A stretch of DNA of 64,000 nt from Octopus sinensis (taxonomy: Eukaryota). This document shows, one piece after another, positions 40,681 to 54,733 of this stretch. Numbering within the stretch: the stretch's first letter is position 1; each line of letters begins with the position of its first letter. The position numbers and the translations under genes were made by a program. The notes beneath the pieces were generated by a model. It searched no databases, was not told the origin of the DNA, and saw only the letters and a program-made list of their open reading frames with translations. The stretch covers positions 21,390,001-21,454,000 of the forward strand of contig NC_043015.1 in the NCBI RefSeq assembly GCF_006345805.1. Reading direction: 5' to 3'.

Positions 40681-41580
40681 TGACTGATGACTGAGGGCTT
40701 CGAATGTCCCGTCCTGTGGTTCTTGTGTCGTCTCTTTGGTGTTTCATGTTCTTGTCCATGTCTGTATTTATTTTTTACTGTTTACATATATAATCGGCGG
40801 CTACGTATCTACAATTCTGTCCTTATACGTCAAGTATTTTTTCTCTAGCATTGATACGACTCTTGATCTGTCTCTTTCTCTCTCTCTCTCCTCCCTTATT
40901 CCCCTTCTTTCTTTCTTTCCCTCTCCATCCGTCCCCCCTCCTACGTTTCTCTATCTCTCTTACCTCCACTCCCCTCGATCTGTCTCTTTCTTCTCCTCCC
41001 TCGTCCACCTTCTCTCTCTCTTCATCTGTCCCTTTCTCCTGTATTTTGTCCTCACGTGACCGCTAGCCACTGCTGGGCGCTCTTTTCGTTCCAGCAGTCG
41101 TCGAAGCAACACGTATTTGTTCTTCTCCCGCGGCCATTAGGCACAACTTCATATAGCCAGCCCTAACTCAACTCGTCCTGTCGAAAGACCCTCGTCCTAC
41201 GTCCTGGTTTTGTTTTGTTTTTTTAACCTTACCGTTATTGTTTTTACGTTTTTGTATTCTTATTCGTGCTTTCCTTATTGTTGTCACCGTATTCTGTATT
41301 TTTATTCGTGTACATCGTTCGTTTTCCGTCCCTTGTTGTTGTTGTATACATTCGAAGCTTTCTTCCAAGGGATCTAATGCGCTTGGCTTAGATTCCCCTT
41401 GGGGGCTGCCCAGATTGGAGCAATCTCAAGATTAATCAGCCGAAATTGCGAAGATGATCTGGTTCTTGACTGATGACTGAGGGCTTCGAATGTCCCGTCC
41501 TGTGGTCCTTGTGTCGTCTCTTTGGTGTTTCATGTTCTTGTCCATGTCGGTATTTATTTACTTTTTACTGTTTACATATA
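40681..41580 (+). repeat. ~900-bp unit bounded by ~110-bp direct repeats
   Basis: 40681-40790 and 41467-41580 are near-identical (period 786). Confidence 0.85.
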
Positions 41581-41882
41581 TGTATATATATATTTATATA
41601 CTGACATGTACGTACGTACGTACGTACGTGTGTATGAATGTACGTATGTACGTACTACGTATGTATGTATATATATACGTATGTATGTACGTATGTATGT
41701 GTGCATGGATATGTTGTTGGTAGTCCATCGCTATTCGATGATGTTAGAATATGTCTTTCGCAGCAATCAGAGCGCTTACATCCATGCACACAAACATACG
41801 TTCAAACATGCATACGTGAATACATACGTACATACAAACATTTATATACATGCATACATACATACATACATACATACATACA

Positions 41883-41919
<37 letters not shown>

Positions 41920-42518
41920 ATACATATATACATAATACACACATACGTACGTAGACATACATAAATGTATATATATATATATATTATAAAAGGATAGAAA
42001 TGTTAGTATGTATGACAGGTCAATACATCGATTTAAAATCTTGACTTCCTAATGGTGCCAAACTGTTAAATAAATATATGCACATATCATACTACCGGAT
42101 AGTCAATGGATTATACTCCTCATGAAATTAATTCATCGATCGTATCTTGTGGATCGCAGCCGCATGGAACTCTGTATTATGCTTCAATATATTGGGTTAC
42201 TATGCAGTCTGATAGCCGAGTATTTTGGAAGAGCTTTACTCTAGCAGATTCAGCTTTCATTGTTGTTATACAACATCCACTCATACATACACACACTCGC
42301 ACACACAAACACACACACAAGCACACACACACAGGTCACCCTCGGCATTGATTTCGAGAAATATAGTTGAATGCATTATTTCTTTCCAATTCACTAGTAA
42401 GATATGTGTTCTTTCAAAATATCAGTGATTCATGCTGGCAAAACAGATAACCATAGGGTCTCTAATTACACACACACATACACACGCACCTACCCATACA
42501 TACATACATACATACATG

Positions 42519-42549
<31 letters not shown>

Positions 42550-42704
42550 GCATACATACATACATATATGCATATATACATAGATACATACATACATACA
42601 TACATACGTACATGCATATATATATATGTATACATATATACATATATATATGTGTGTTTTTGTATATATATATGTATATATATGTGTATGTATATATATA
42701 TATG

Positions 42705-42754
<50 letters not shown>

Positions 42755-43359
42755 TATATACACTATTCTACAACATACACATGATTCTATAATAGCATCT
42801 ATATTTTTTTTTATATATACGAGAATATTTATCATGTTATAAAGTAATTTTGCATGCCCTGATGTATAAAAAGCCACTGAAATCCTGTTGAAGGAGAATC
42901 TCAAGTTGGACAATCCTGATAATATTATTTCTACAACATTGGCCAATAAAAATGATTATTTCTCCATATAGTCTAGCGAGACAGAGTGAAATGAAGCTGA
43001 TCTATAAGATCTGTTCTTGTGTTAATACTTTCATGCTTAAATTCGTAAACAAGTGTAAACATAATAGTTTCTTTTACATGTGTGTAAGGATATATTGACG
43101 TATCTATGAATAAGCATTTGAATGAATCTGTGAATGTACATATATATGATATTAATGCGTGTGTACGCATGTGTGTATGTAGATTTGTATATATATCCAT
43201 CCGTGTATATACATATATATTTATACTTTATAATATCCATACACGCGTATATATCTAAATATACATACGCAATATCAAAATATATCACTCTCTATCTTTC
43301 TGTCTGTCTCTTTCTCTCTCCTAGTTTACTATTTTTCTCTCCTCTCTCCCTCTCTCTTT

Positions 43360-43413
<54 letters not shown>

Positions 43414-43720
43414 TATATATATAATATATATATATATAATATATATATATATGTACATATAAAAAATAGAAATATTACATTTCTAAACATCTCAGAGAGA
43501 TATAAGCAGTGGTGGTACGACAGAGCAGTTTATTACTGTCAACTTCACGTGACAATTCCATAAAGGGAATCACACCACCGCTATTTAGCTCTCTCTATAT
43601 ACATACATACGCACACACACATATATATACACTCTTAAGTATTTATATATGCTTCTACCTATGTGTATATTTATATGTGTTTATCGACATATATACATAT
43701 ATATATTTATATATATATAA

Positions 43721-43759
43721 CTCGAACAGAACAACATTGCTGAAGTGGCTACGAGCATT

Positions 43760-43797
<38 letters not shown>

Positions 43798-44397
43798 TTA
43801 GGAATATGAGATGACAACGGTAGAAACAGAGTATATCTCATATGACTCTTATATACAAATTCTAAGACCAAGTGGATTTTGACACAGAGACAATGGCTGA
43901 CGTTATTCATGTCGAGGTGCTTCAATCTTCCATTTCTTTTGAATTGCAGAAAATAAAGATTAAAACTAAAACTCATATAATTCACACACACACACACACA
44001 AACACACACGCACATACACATGCGCGCGTGCACACACACTCACATACACTCACTGCCTCAAACATGAAACATATAAATGAATAAAGAAGTTATACTTGCT
44101 AGTACTGCTACTGCGATCATCTCTTAGAGAGATTTTGGAACTAGCTTTTAAGCTTGTTGAAAGATCAGCTACTGTATATTGTTGAATTTATATATATTGC
44201 GAGCAGAACCAAGCTACTGCCATCTCTAACAGATGAAGTGTCCAGTACTGAAGAGAGGCAGAAATAGCCAAAACGAGACTGGCATGCTGATTCCGAGGCT
44301 ACAAGGTGGTAGTGGTTCGTTTAACCAGCTTGGGTTTAAAAAATTTCAGTAAATTCGGCTCGAACAGAACAACATTGCTGAAGTGGCTACGAGCATT

Positions 44398-44431
<34 letters not shown>

Positions 44432-44462
44432 TTAGGTATATGAGATGACAACGGTAGAAACA
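43721..44462 (+). repeat. ~740-bp unit bounded by ~105-bp direct repeats; contains degenerate family D hammerhead (44245-44290)
   Basis: 43721-43828 matches 44359-44462; CTGAAGA-GA-GGC-AGAAATA-GCC-AAAA resembles 33817-33843. Confidence 0.8.
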
Positions 44463-45239
44463 ACTATCTTACGGAGTCCATGAGTTCCTTGTATTCGACT
44501 AACGCTTCTTTCTGAAACATTGTATATTGAGTCCTCCACCAGGTTACTAGTACGGCTATAACTATGTGAAGTGTATGAGTATATAGTTGAAATGTACAGC
44601 AAAACAATAAGACGAAGACAGGTGTAGGATACTGACGCTTGGGAATGCGAGAAAGTCCTGTACGTTTCGAGCCTATGAATGATATTATATATATATATAT
44701 AAGCAAAAAAGCCCACCTATACCCCCTACACAACCCCTCGTTCACACACACATGCACTTGCAAATACACTCACACGCACACACGTGTATATACACACGCA
44801 CACGCAAATGAACCCACACATACGCATATACAAGTACACACGCACACATACACAGAAGAAAGTAAATTTACTCACCACACACATAAGCCCTACACATACA
44901 CACATATACACACGAACACACACACATATATAAACATACACACACTGCAAACAAAGCACACACACATACTTCAAACTACCAGTACCTTCTACTGAGTGTT
45001 CTCCAACGCACATGTGTAGGTAGACACACAACATCAGCCACTACTACCAAAATTCTTACTATAATTTCTTCCTATGACCTTAAACGATACTAAGCCCAAC
45101 CACACACATAGATAAACAGCCACATCCACACACACAGGTGTTATCATTACACACACACACACTGACCTGCGCGCACGCACATACCCACACATACACAAAC
45201 ATACCTCCTTCTCTTGCACTCTCCTGTTTTTGAAAGAAC

Positions 45240-45482
45240 ATTTTTTTCACCCATTCCTTTCCGGTCATTTCAATATGTGACAGCGTGTGTATCGTTAGCG
45301 ATTTTCTTTCTCCGTCTTCCCTTCCTTGGACCTTTCCTTTTTCTTTGTTTCTGACGAAGAGATCTGCTCGAAACGTTAAATGCACATCCTCTCTTTCCTT
45401 TCCTGAGCGTCCAATAACACTATACTTGTTCCACGTCCTCGCGTTGTTGTGTTTTCCCTTTGTTCATGTTTGGATTAACTAT
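45240..45482 (+). mobile_element. PLE pseudo-LTR-like fragment, family E
   Basis: Homologous to 50800-50990 (minus); contains a hammerhead. Confidence 0.65.
45347..45381 (+). ncRNA. minimal type I hammerhead, family E
   Basis: GTTT-CTGACGA-A-GAG-ATCTG-CTC-GAAA-CG-TT-AAAT. Confidence 0.65.
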
Positions 45483-45519
<37 letters not shown>

Positions 45520-45520
<1 letters not shown>

Positions 45521-46035
45521 CTAGCTTAAGGGGACCCGCTCTACGCGCGAATGAGGGTGTAGTTGTTACTTTCTTTTGTTTAATCATTTCTGTCTTATCA
45601 TCACATTCTCCCTTTTTGCTTCTCTCTCCTTTCTCTCTCACTTTCCCACTCACTTACTCTTCTTTTCCCACGAACTCTCACTCGCTTTCTCTTACTCTTT
45701 ATCTTTATCTATCTCTCTCCCATTTATAAAAAATTAGATTCTCGCGCTAAATTACAAATCCGCGTCCACTTTACCATGTTGAAAATTTGATTGAAATCGG
45801 GGAACAGGTGTCCAATCTAGACCACCAAGTGTCCTCAAAATCAATAAAATCCCCGTTTTCACAGCAAAGCAACCACTGTAGGGCCCCAAAACGTCTCCCA
45901 ATCAAGTTCCCATCTCAAGATAACCCCCCCCCCCTGAAAATTGTAATCCCCTTCTGGCCCCATTTAAACCCCCTTTTACATACAAATCCAATTTGTATCA
46001 ATGTTCGCCTTCTTCATTTTATCGATAAGACAGAT
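45520..46035 (-). mobile_element. probable non-autonomous Helitron
   Basis: Minus strand ends in a GC-rich hairpin-like CGCGCGTAGAGCGGG followed by CTAG-T, next to (TA)n. Confidence 0.45.
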
Positions 46036-46253
46036 ATACTCGGCCTTGCTCAGGATTAAAATAGTTTATTATTGTTTTACTTGTTTCGGTATTATAACCA
46101 GATTTCATTCGGTTCTACGCAGGCCACATTTTAAAAGATGGGGATTTTGCCCTAGAGGCCATGCCTTCCAGAAGAGGAAACTCAAAGTCGCTATGCAAAC
46201 TCGCTAAGATAGGTGTGCATATTTTCAGCTCAATCCGACCACATATGCACACA

Positions 46254-46338
<85 letters not shown>

Positions 46339-46442
46339 TAAATTAGAGACAAAACCACTATTATGCAAATCAAACAAAGAAAGACTTAAGCGAATACATA
46401 AATTAAATTATATAAAAATTTAGAAATTTAACAATTATAAAT

Positions 46443-46503
46443 AACCACTACGATCGTTTCGTGTCTTATTTCAGCACATATTTGAGACATTCTTCAGGTA
46501 GTT
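46443..46503 (-). ncRNA. type I hammerhead, family F
   Basis: Minus strand AACTAC-CTGAAGA-A-TGTCT..AGACA-C-GAA-ACGATCGT-A-GTGGTT. Confidence 0.75.
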
Positions 46504-47184
46504 TCAAAACCTAAAATATAATCAATATTTTTAAGATATAAATAATCTATATAATCTAAATAAAAATTTACTTATGTTATTTCTCCTCTGTGTTAGTGTC
46601 TTGCTGAGAGTATATGTTTATGAATAAGTGATTGTATGTGTGTGTGTGTGTGAGTATGCATAAGTAATGTGTAGAAGTATAGGGCTGCATTATAAAATAT
46701 ATCTGTGTCTATATGTATATGTGTATGTATAGATATATATATATATATGTGTGTGTGGGTTTGTGTACGTATTTAGATATGTTTATATACATACATGTAT
46801 ATATGAGCATGAGATTGTGTATATATTTTTTTGTATTTTGAAATTAGCTATTTCATCTTTAAATATGAGAAATTAAATATATTAGGTTTTCATTATATAC
46901 AATCGTTTATAGAGATTATTTTAGATCTTGATTATAATATTTATAAATATTTTCATTGATAATTTATATATATTAGTCATTTCAAATATCTATATAAGTA
47001 GATATAGACTAAAATGGATATTAGAATATGGATTTTCTACCTTATAAATTAAAGTTAATATTTAACATTATAGTCGATTTCGATATAATCATATTTAATA
47101 ATAGAGTTTATTATAAGTAAATTTTTATTTAGATTATATAGATTATTTATATCTTAAAAATATTGATTATATTCTAGGTTTTGA

Positions 47185-47245
47185 AACCACCTGAAGAATG
47201 TCTCAAAGATGTGCTGAAATAAGACACGAAACGATCGTAGTGGTT
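47185..47245 (+). ncRNA. type I hammerhead, family F
   Basis: AACCAC-CTGAAGA-A-TGTCT-(18 nt)-AGACA-C-GAA-ACGATCGT-A-GTGGTT: 6-bp helix I, palindromic helix III, GUA site. Confidence 0.8.
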
Positions 47246-47442
47246 ATTTATAATTGTTAAATTTCTAAATTTTTATATAAATTAATTTATGTATTCGCTT
47301 AAGTCTTTCTTTGTTTGATTTGCATAATAGTGGTTTTGTCTCTAATTTAATATAATATAATATTTTACTATAAATTTGGATTCAATCCTAAATCTGATTT
47401 TCCCTGTAAATTTGGATTTATTCCCTAATATTTATTATAATA

Positions 47443-47504
<62 letters not shown>

Positions 47505-47789
47505 GATATATATATATACATAGCATTAAATATATACATATATATGCATTATATGTACATATCTACATATATATTTATTATGTACACACATATATATAAA
47601 TATATACACTTTATATATATATATATATACACATACATATATGTATACATGTTATATATATATTTATATACCCACACACATATATGAATTAACACAATAT
47701 ATCTGATTAATAATATGTGTTATGATTGAGCGCTGGTGGTGAGCGATAATAATTCACCGTTCTAAAAGAACTGTAGCGGGAATATTTAA

Positions 47790-48185
47790 ACATTTGCGGC
47801 TGTCACGATTTCTCTCTATGGATACAGACAGTCGTACAGTGAGAGATGTGGTGAAAGAAAGAGTGACAGAGAGACGGCGAAGCTGTCAAACGTCGTTATA
47901 GAGAGAAATTGGATGGAAGGGAGGAAAGAGAGAGACGGAGGAAGAGAGGGTGATATCCGAAAGGGAGAAACGACAAACACTTGTCGGAATGTGAGTTGTG
48001 TTGCCCTAGTAACAGCTGCTTTTGAGATAGATACGTCTAACCAAGTACACTCAATTACTCGCCACTTTTTACACGACCCTGTAAATTTTGGAGCCAATCC
48101 GACCTGATCTAGTGCCCCTTAACCCGTACCAATCGCAAAATCAGACAAACAAACTTTTCACAATTCCGCTTTATAGATAGAGATA
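47790..48185 (-). mobile_element. probable non-autonomous Helitron 5' fragment
   Basis: Minus strand begins ATCTCTATCTATAAAGCGG..GTTTGTTTGTCTG, resembling the start of the 51666 element. Confidence 0.4.
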
Positions 48186-49004
48186 AGTGTTAGAATATCA
48201 ATGCGCATAACACATCACTGTACAACTGCATAATTCATAGTGCGTAGAAGTGACAATTGATATGATGTATATGCAAATTTCATATGTGTGTAAATGTGTG
48301 CAAGTAAATGTGTGGGACATAATCATAAATCTCTTTTCACCCACCAACATCTCTCATTTTGGGCGATACTTTGGAATAAGTTGTCAAGTCTAACACACTT
48401 CGAAAATCTCACCTGCAAAAGACTCATGTGTTGGGAGATATATCATAATTTCACTCCTTAGCAAATGGAGGAAGTTTTAAAGTGCGACGACTTCCATTCT
48501 ATATTAAAGTGCTCCTGCACTACAAGACGGTTTGTAAAGATGTGTAACTTTATTTAGAAATTTATTTACATTCATTAAATATAGAAATTTTTCAGGACAG
48601 CATTAATGTATGCTTGGGTGCGTATGCGACTGTATGTAGGCGCGTGTGTATATGGTTGTGTTATGTTGTGAGCGTGTATGTACATATGTTTTAGTGGAAA
48701 TATATATATGAACAAGCTTAAAGACAAAATACAAAGATATCCTGTATATAATATTATCAATAAATTCTACATCAGTAAACTGCCTTCTCACAGTATCAGT
48801 AAATGGGTAGCTAGTTAGAAATAATTCGATCAATAATACAAAAGAATAGATATATACATACATACATGTGATAATGTGTATGTATGTACATATATTTTTC
48901 ATGTGTATATATTCAATATTTAATTTAGTAATTACATATTTGTACGTTCAATATATATATATGTGTGTGTGTGTGTATGTGTGTGTATGTATGTGTATTT
49001 ATAT

Positions 49005-49410
49005 ATATATATTTATCTTTCTTTTACTTGTTTCAGTCATTTGACTGCCGCTATGCTGGAGCACCGCTTTTGGTTTAGCAAATCGACACCGGGACTTATT
49101 CTTTGTAAGCCCAGTACTTATTCTATCGGCCTCTTTTGCCGAAACGCTAGGTGACGGCGACGTAAACACACCAGCATCGGTTGTCAAGCAATGCTAGGGG
49201 GACAAACACAGACACGCAAACATACACACACATATATATACATATATACGACGGGCTTCTTTCAGTTTTCGTCTATCAAATCCACTCACAAGGCTTTGGT
49301 CGGCCCGAGGCTATAGTAGAAGGAACTTGCACAAGATACCACGCAGTGGGACTGAACCCGGAACTATGTGGTTGGTAAGCAAGCTACTTACCATACAGCC
49401 ACTCCTGCGA
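49005..49410 (-). mobile_element. SINE family S2, near full length
   Basis: Minus strand GCAGGAGTGGCTGTATGGTAAG..CGGGTTCAGTCCC head, CORE-like segment, TAAAAGAAA tail. Confidence 0.9.
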
Positions 49411-49626
49411 TTTACATACATGTATATGTATATATATATATACATACATATATGTCTATATATGCATATATATACATATACATATATGGATACAGGTCAC
49501 CCACTGTGCAAAGAACATGAAATACGTAAACAAACGAGTTAAATATGTAAACAACAAGAAAAGTAGAAAACAGGACAAGTAAATACAAAGAAAGTATCCT
49601 CCATCAGTGTCGGCTGATATGTATAT

Positions 49627-49703
<77 letters not shown>

Positions 49704-49738
49704 AATATATATATATATATAATATATAAATATAACAT

Positions 49739-49781
<43 letters not shown>

Positions 49782-49827
49782 ATAATAATATATATATATA
49801 TATATATGGACGATAATAAATGGGGCA

Positions 49828-50318
<491 letters not shown>

Positions 50319-50799
50319 TATATACACACACACATATATATATATTATAATATATATATATATATAATATATATATATATATATGTGTTTGTGTGTGTGT
50401 GTGTGTACACACAAACGTACACACATGTACTCACGACGGGCTTCTTTCAGTTTCTGTCCACCAATATAAATGATATTTCCAATGAAAATATATATGCTTT
50501 TTCGAGATCAGCGACTTTACCACACAGAAACCCGGGTTTGAGTGTATCACGTCAGGCTAGAGATGGGAGCGATGATTTCCATTTGCAAATACTGATAGGG
50601 CACAGATAGTGTTTCATTAGCCAGATGGAGGATATGTCTTCCTGGGGCTATAAACTAGAGTAGCATCGTCCAATATGGGCCAGTCACATTTAAGTGGCAA
50701 ATATATTTCACGATGCTACTATTTATATCTCCCCCAAAGTTTTATTTTGTGTGTGTATATATATATGTATATGTATGTATATACATATATATATATATG

Positions 50800-50989
50800 T
50801 ATAGTTAAAGTTAATCCAAACAAGAAAGCACTAAAAAACACAACAACGCGAGGACGTGGAACAAATATAATATTAGTGGACGCCCAGGAAAGAAGGAAAG
50901 AAAGAGGGTTTAACGTTTCGAGCGAATTCTTCGTCGGAAACATAGGAGAAGTAAAGATCCAGAGAAGGGAAGACAGAGAGAAAATAGCC

Positions 50990-50990
<1 letters not shown>
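50800..50990 (-). mobile_element. family E pseudo-LTR-like fragment with hammerhead at 50908-50941
   Basis: Minus strand GTTT-CCGACGA-A-GAATTCGCTC-GAAA-CG-TT-AAAC (U4C). Confidence 0.65.
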
Positions 50991-51061
<71 letters not shown>

Positions 51062-51078
51062 TATATATATATATATAT

Positions 51079-51432
<354 letters not shown>

Positions 51433-51444
51433 TTACGGTGATCA

Positions 51445-51483
<39 letters not shown>

Positions 51484-51607
51484 ATATGTGTGTATATTAC
51501 ATATATATTTATATATATACATACATATATATATGTTTATACATATATACTTATATATATATATACATATATACATATGTATATACATATATATATACAT
51601 ATATATG

Positions 51608-51663
<56 letters not shown>

Positions 51664-51665
51664 TA

Positions 51666-52487
51666 TCTCTATATATAAACGGCAGTTTGTCTGTACGTGT
51701 GTCAGGTGTCCGTCAGGTTGTACCCTCACCCTGACCACGGCTTCCACCGATTCTGATGAAACTTGACACACACATAGCCCAATGTCATAATTCAAAACTA
51801 ATGCACCGAAAATTTTGAACAGTTCCCCCAGTTCTGTAAAAAATTGATAAATTCGACATGGGGTCGAGAATCTAAGCTTCTTATATGCAACACATTTTCT
51901 GTTGTAGTTTTCGCAACTTGCAATCGATTTTCACCAAACTCATGGTGAAGCCTAATAAACCTAATTCTGACGTTAGTTTTCCATGCAATACCTTACCATC
52001 AGAAAAAATCGATAAAATCATGCCATTTGGGGAAATCGCGTTCAAATTCAAGATGACATATTTTCGACAATAACTTTCACAAATTGGCAGGAATTTTTTT
52101 TAAAATCACAGCGAGCATCATGTCTGCTCCAAGGAGCTATATGGCCCTTTTTATTCCAATAGGATACTTTATTACTGGAAAAATTTGGTTAATTAAATCA
52201 TATGTGGCACACATAGCAAACCGATTTGTGTATTAAACAAAAACCACAGACTGTCTAGGGGACGCAAATCGACCTTTTTAACTCTCTTGCGAGGCGCCAT
52301 GATGTTTTCATGTTTTCGCCCAAAGGGACAGCTAGGAACATCGTATACACAGAAGTATTCGAGTGAAGAGAAGACATTGCAGCCTACACATGCGCCTTCG
52401 TTCCCTAAGGGGAAGGGCACTAGATTGGGATTAGTCGTTGCCTACTAGGGGCTCTTAATACCCTGGCAACGCTGGGCTATGCTGCTA

Positions 52488-52488
<1 letters not shown>
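51666..52488 (+). mobile_element. non-autonomous Helitron-type element
   Basis: 5' TCTCTATATATAAA..GTTTGTCTG; 3' hairpin CCCTGGCAACGCTGGG (52461-52476) followed by CTAG-T (52485-52489); inserted in (TA)n. Confidence 0.7.
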
Positions 52489-52522
<34 letters not shown>

Positions 52523-53333
52523 GGCATTTTCATAGCATTTTTTCCGATGGCCGGATAACTGAAGAGACGGTGGCGCGGATTTTCAACTCGGAGTTTTATC
52601 ATGCCTACCGAATAATTGACACATATTACATTTACAGATTAATTCCTGTATTTATATAATATCGAGTTCTCTTTCTTTCTCCTGTTGTCTTAACATTTAT
52701 ATATATGTCTGAGCGTGCGTGCGAGTGTATGTGTTTATCTGTCTATATATAATATATATATGCACACACACATTTATATATATATGTGTGTTTGTATGTA
52801 TACGTGTATATATGTATGTATATGTATATATATATATAATGTACCTGAAAAATTCTAAAATATATCACCTGTTTGTGCACTAAGAATATTTGTCGCATTC
52901 ACAGAAAAAAAACAAAACGAAACTCTGTAACGATGCACAATCATAGACTGGCACAGACGGACACACGCACTCATACACATTTAAATACACAGGCACAAAA
53001 GCACGATGTTATAAAAACACATCTACATTGACTCACATTGAACTTAAATTGCATCTGTACTCACTTAAGTTCGCTCCCTCAATCTCTCTCTCTCTCTCAG
53101 TCTCTCTTTCTCTGTCTCTGTCGATGTTTCTCTCTGTCTTTGTGTCTCACTTCTCCATATATACCATATATATATTATTCTATACACAGTTACACAAATT
53201 CGGAATATATATATAGATAGATAGATATGCATTCGTAAATACATAGCAACGTACATATATATATATATATATATATAATATATATATATACACACATATA
53301 TATATACATATCTATATATATGTATATATATAT

Positions 53334-53378
<45 letters not shown>

Positions 53379-54090
53379 CATATATATATATATACATATA
53401 TATATATATGTATATATATATACGTATATATATACACACATGTATTTACACAGACATGTATATGTATGTGCGTGTGTGTGTGTCTCTCTCTCTATACATA
53501 TATATATATATATAAATATAGATATATATAGACACACACATATCCCTTCACTAGCAACTAAAGTTTGCATATATTATCGAAAAATATCATGTACATTCAA
53601 ATGTTTTCAACTACATGTTTACATAAATCTATCTACGTGACATTTTCCTCTTAATCCAAACTAAGAAACACCATGACACCTCACATATTATTTATTCCGT
53701 TATTTTCCGTTTCATATGTCAAGGTTCATATAATTCTGAGCAATAGTCTGGCAGGAACTGATGCAAGACTGGCGGCACATAATTACCCTGTATACTTTCC
53801 TGGTGGAAATTTTATAGATTTATAATATATCTATGATCCCCGTGTGTTCTCACGAACATCTCATTTAAATTCGAAAGACGTAGCAAAGATCTAGATCGAA
53901 AAACAAAGCAGTTAATTGTCTGTGGTTTCCTCCTTCACTTTCTCAAAATTTCTCTCTTACTGTCCCACCCTCTAATCTTATATATGCGCGTGTGTGAATG
54001 TGCATATGCATACACACACACATATATATGTCCATCTGTATACATATGCGTTTATATAATCTCTATATCTATATCTATTTATCTATTTTA

Positions 54091-54127
<37 letters not shown>

Positions 54128-54299
54128 TTACACACACACACACACACAGACATATATATATATATCTATATATATATAGACACACACACACATATATATA
54201 TATACACACACACACATACACACACACACAAACACACACATATATATTTATATATATATATCTTTCGCCATGATACATCGCTAGTCATGAAACTATTTT

Positions 54300-54447
54300 T
54301 TATTTTCTCCCTGTTTATTTCTGAGTTCCTTTCTGTCGAAGAGCGTAGGTTCGAAACGTAAGACTTTCTCACTTCTCGAGCGTTAAAATAATACATCTGT
54401 TTGTTGTTTACACACCTGTCTTCGTCTTTTGTTTTTTGTAAATTTTC
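54300..54447 (+). mobile_element. family B pseudo-LTR-like fragment with hammerhead-like motif at 54329-54363
   Basis: CTTT-CTGTCGA-A-GAGC-GTAG-GTTC-GAAA-CG-TA-AGA. Confidence 0.6.
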
Positions 54448-54502
54448 ATAATATATATATATGCCTTGTAAGTGAGTTTAGTTGACGGAAACTGTGTGGA
54501 AG

Positions 54503-54733
54503 GCGGTGAGCTGGTCGAAACGTTAGCACGCCGGGCGAAATGCTTAGCATATATCGTCTGCCGTTACGTTCTGCGTTCAAATTCCACCGAGGTCGATTTT
54601 GCCTTTCATCATTTCTGGGCCGATAAATTAAGTACCAGCTACGCACTGGGGTCGATGTAATCGACTTAATCCCCTTTGTCTGTCCTTGTTTCTCCCCTCT
54701 ATGTTTAGCACCCTGTGAGCAATAAAGAAATAG
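54503..54733 (+). mobile_element. SINE family S1
   Basis: Head GGCGGTGAGCTGGTCGAAACGTTAGCACGCCGGGC and shared domain. Confidence 0.85.

Larger units (their letters stand above)
46331..47415. mobile_element. inverted pair of PLE pseudo-LTR-like arms, family F
   Basis: 46331-46575 is the reverse complement of about 47112-47356 with few substitutions; ~540-bp AT-rich spacer; (TA)n on both flanks. Confidence 0.85.

Noticed and set aside
41405-41500. Hammerhead from GGCTG..CAGCC-GAAA and the downstream CTGATGA
   Set aside because: Could not form helices I and III or a UH site in any topology
44464-44769. Minus-strand ORF with a hydrophobic, TM-like stretch
   Set aside because: Much of it is a family B pseudo-LTR fragment plus microsatellite
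51745-51765. CTGATGAAAC as a hammerhead core
   Set aside because: No stem II between CTGATGA and GAAA; it lies within the Helitron-type element
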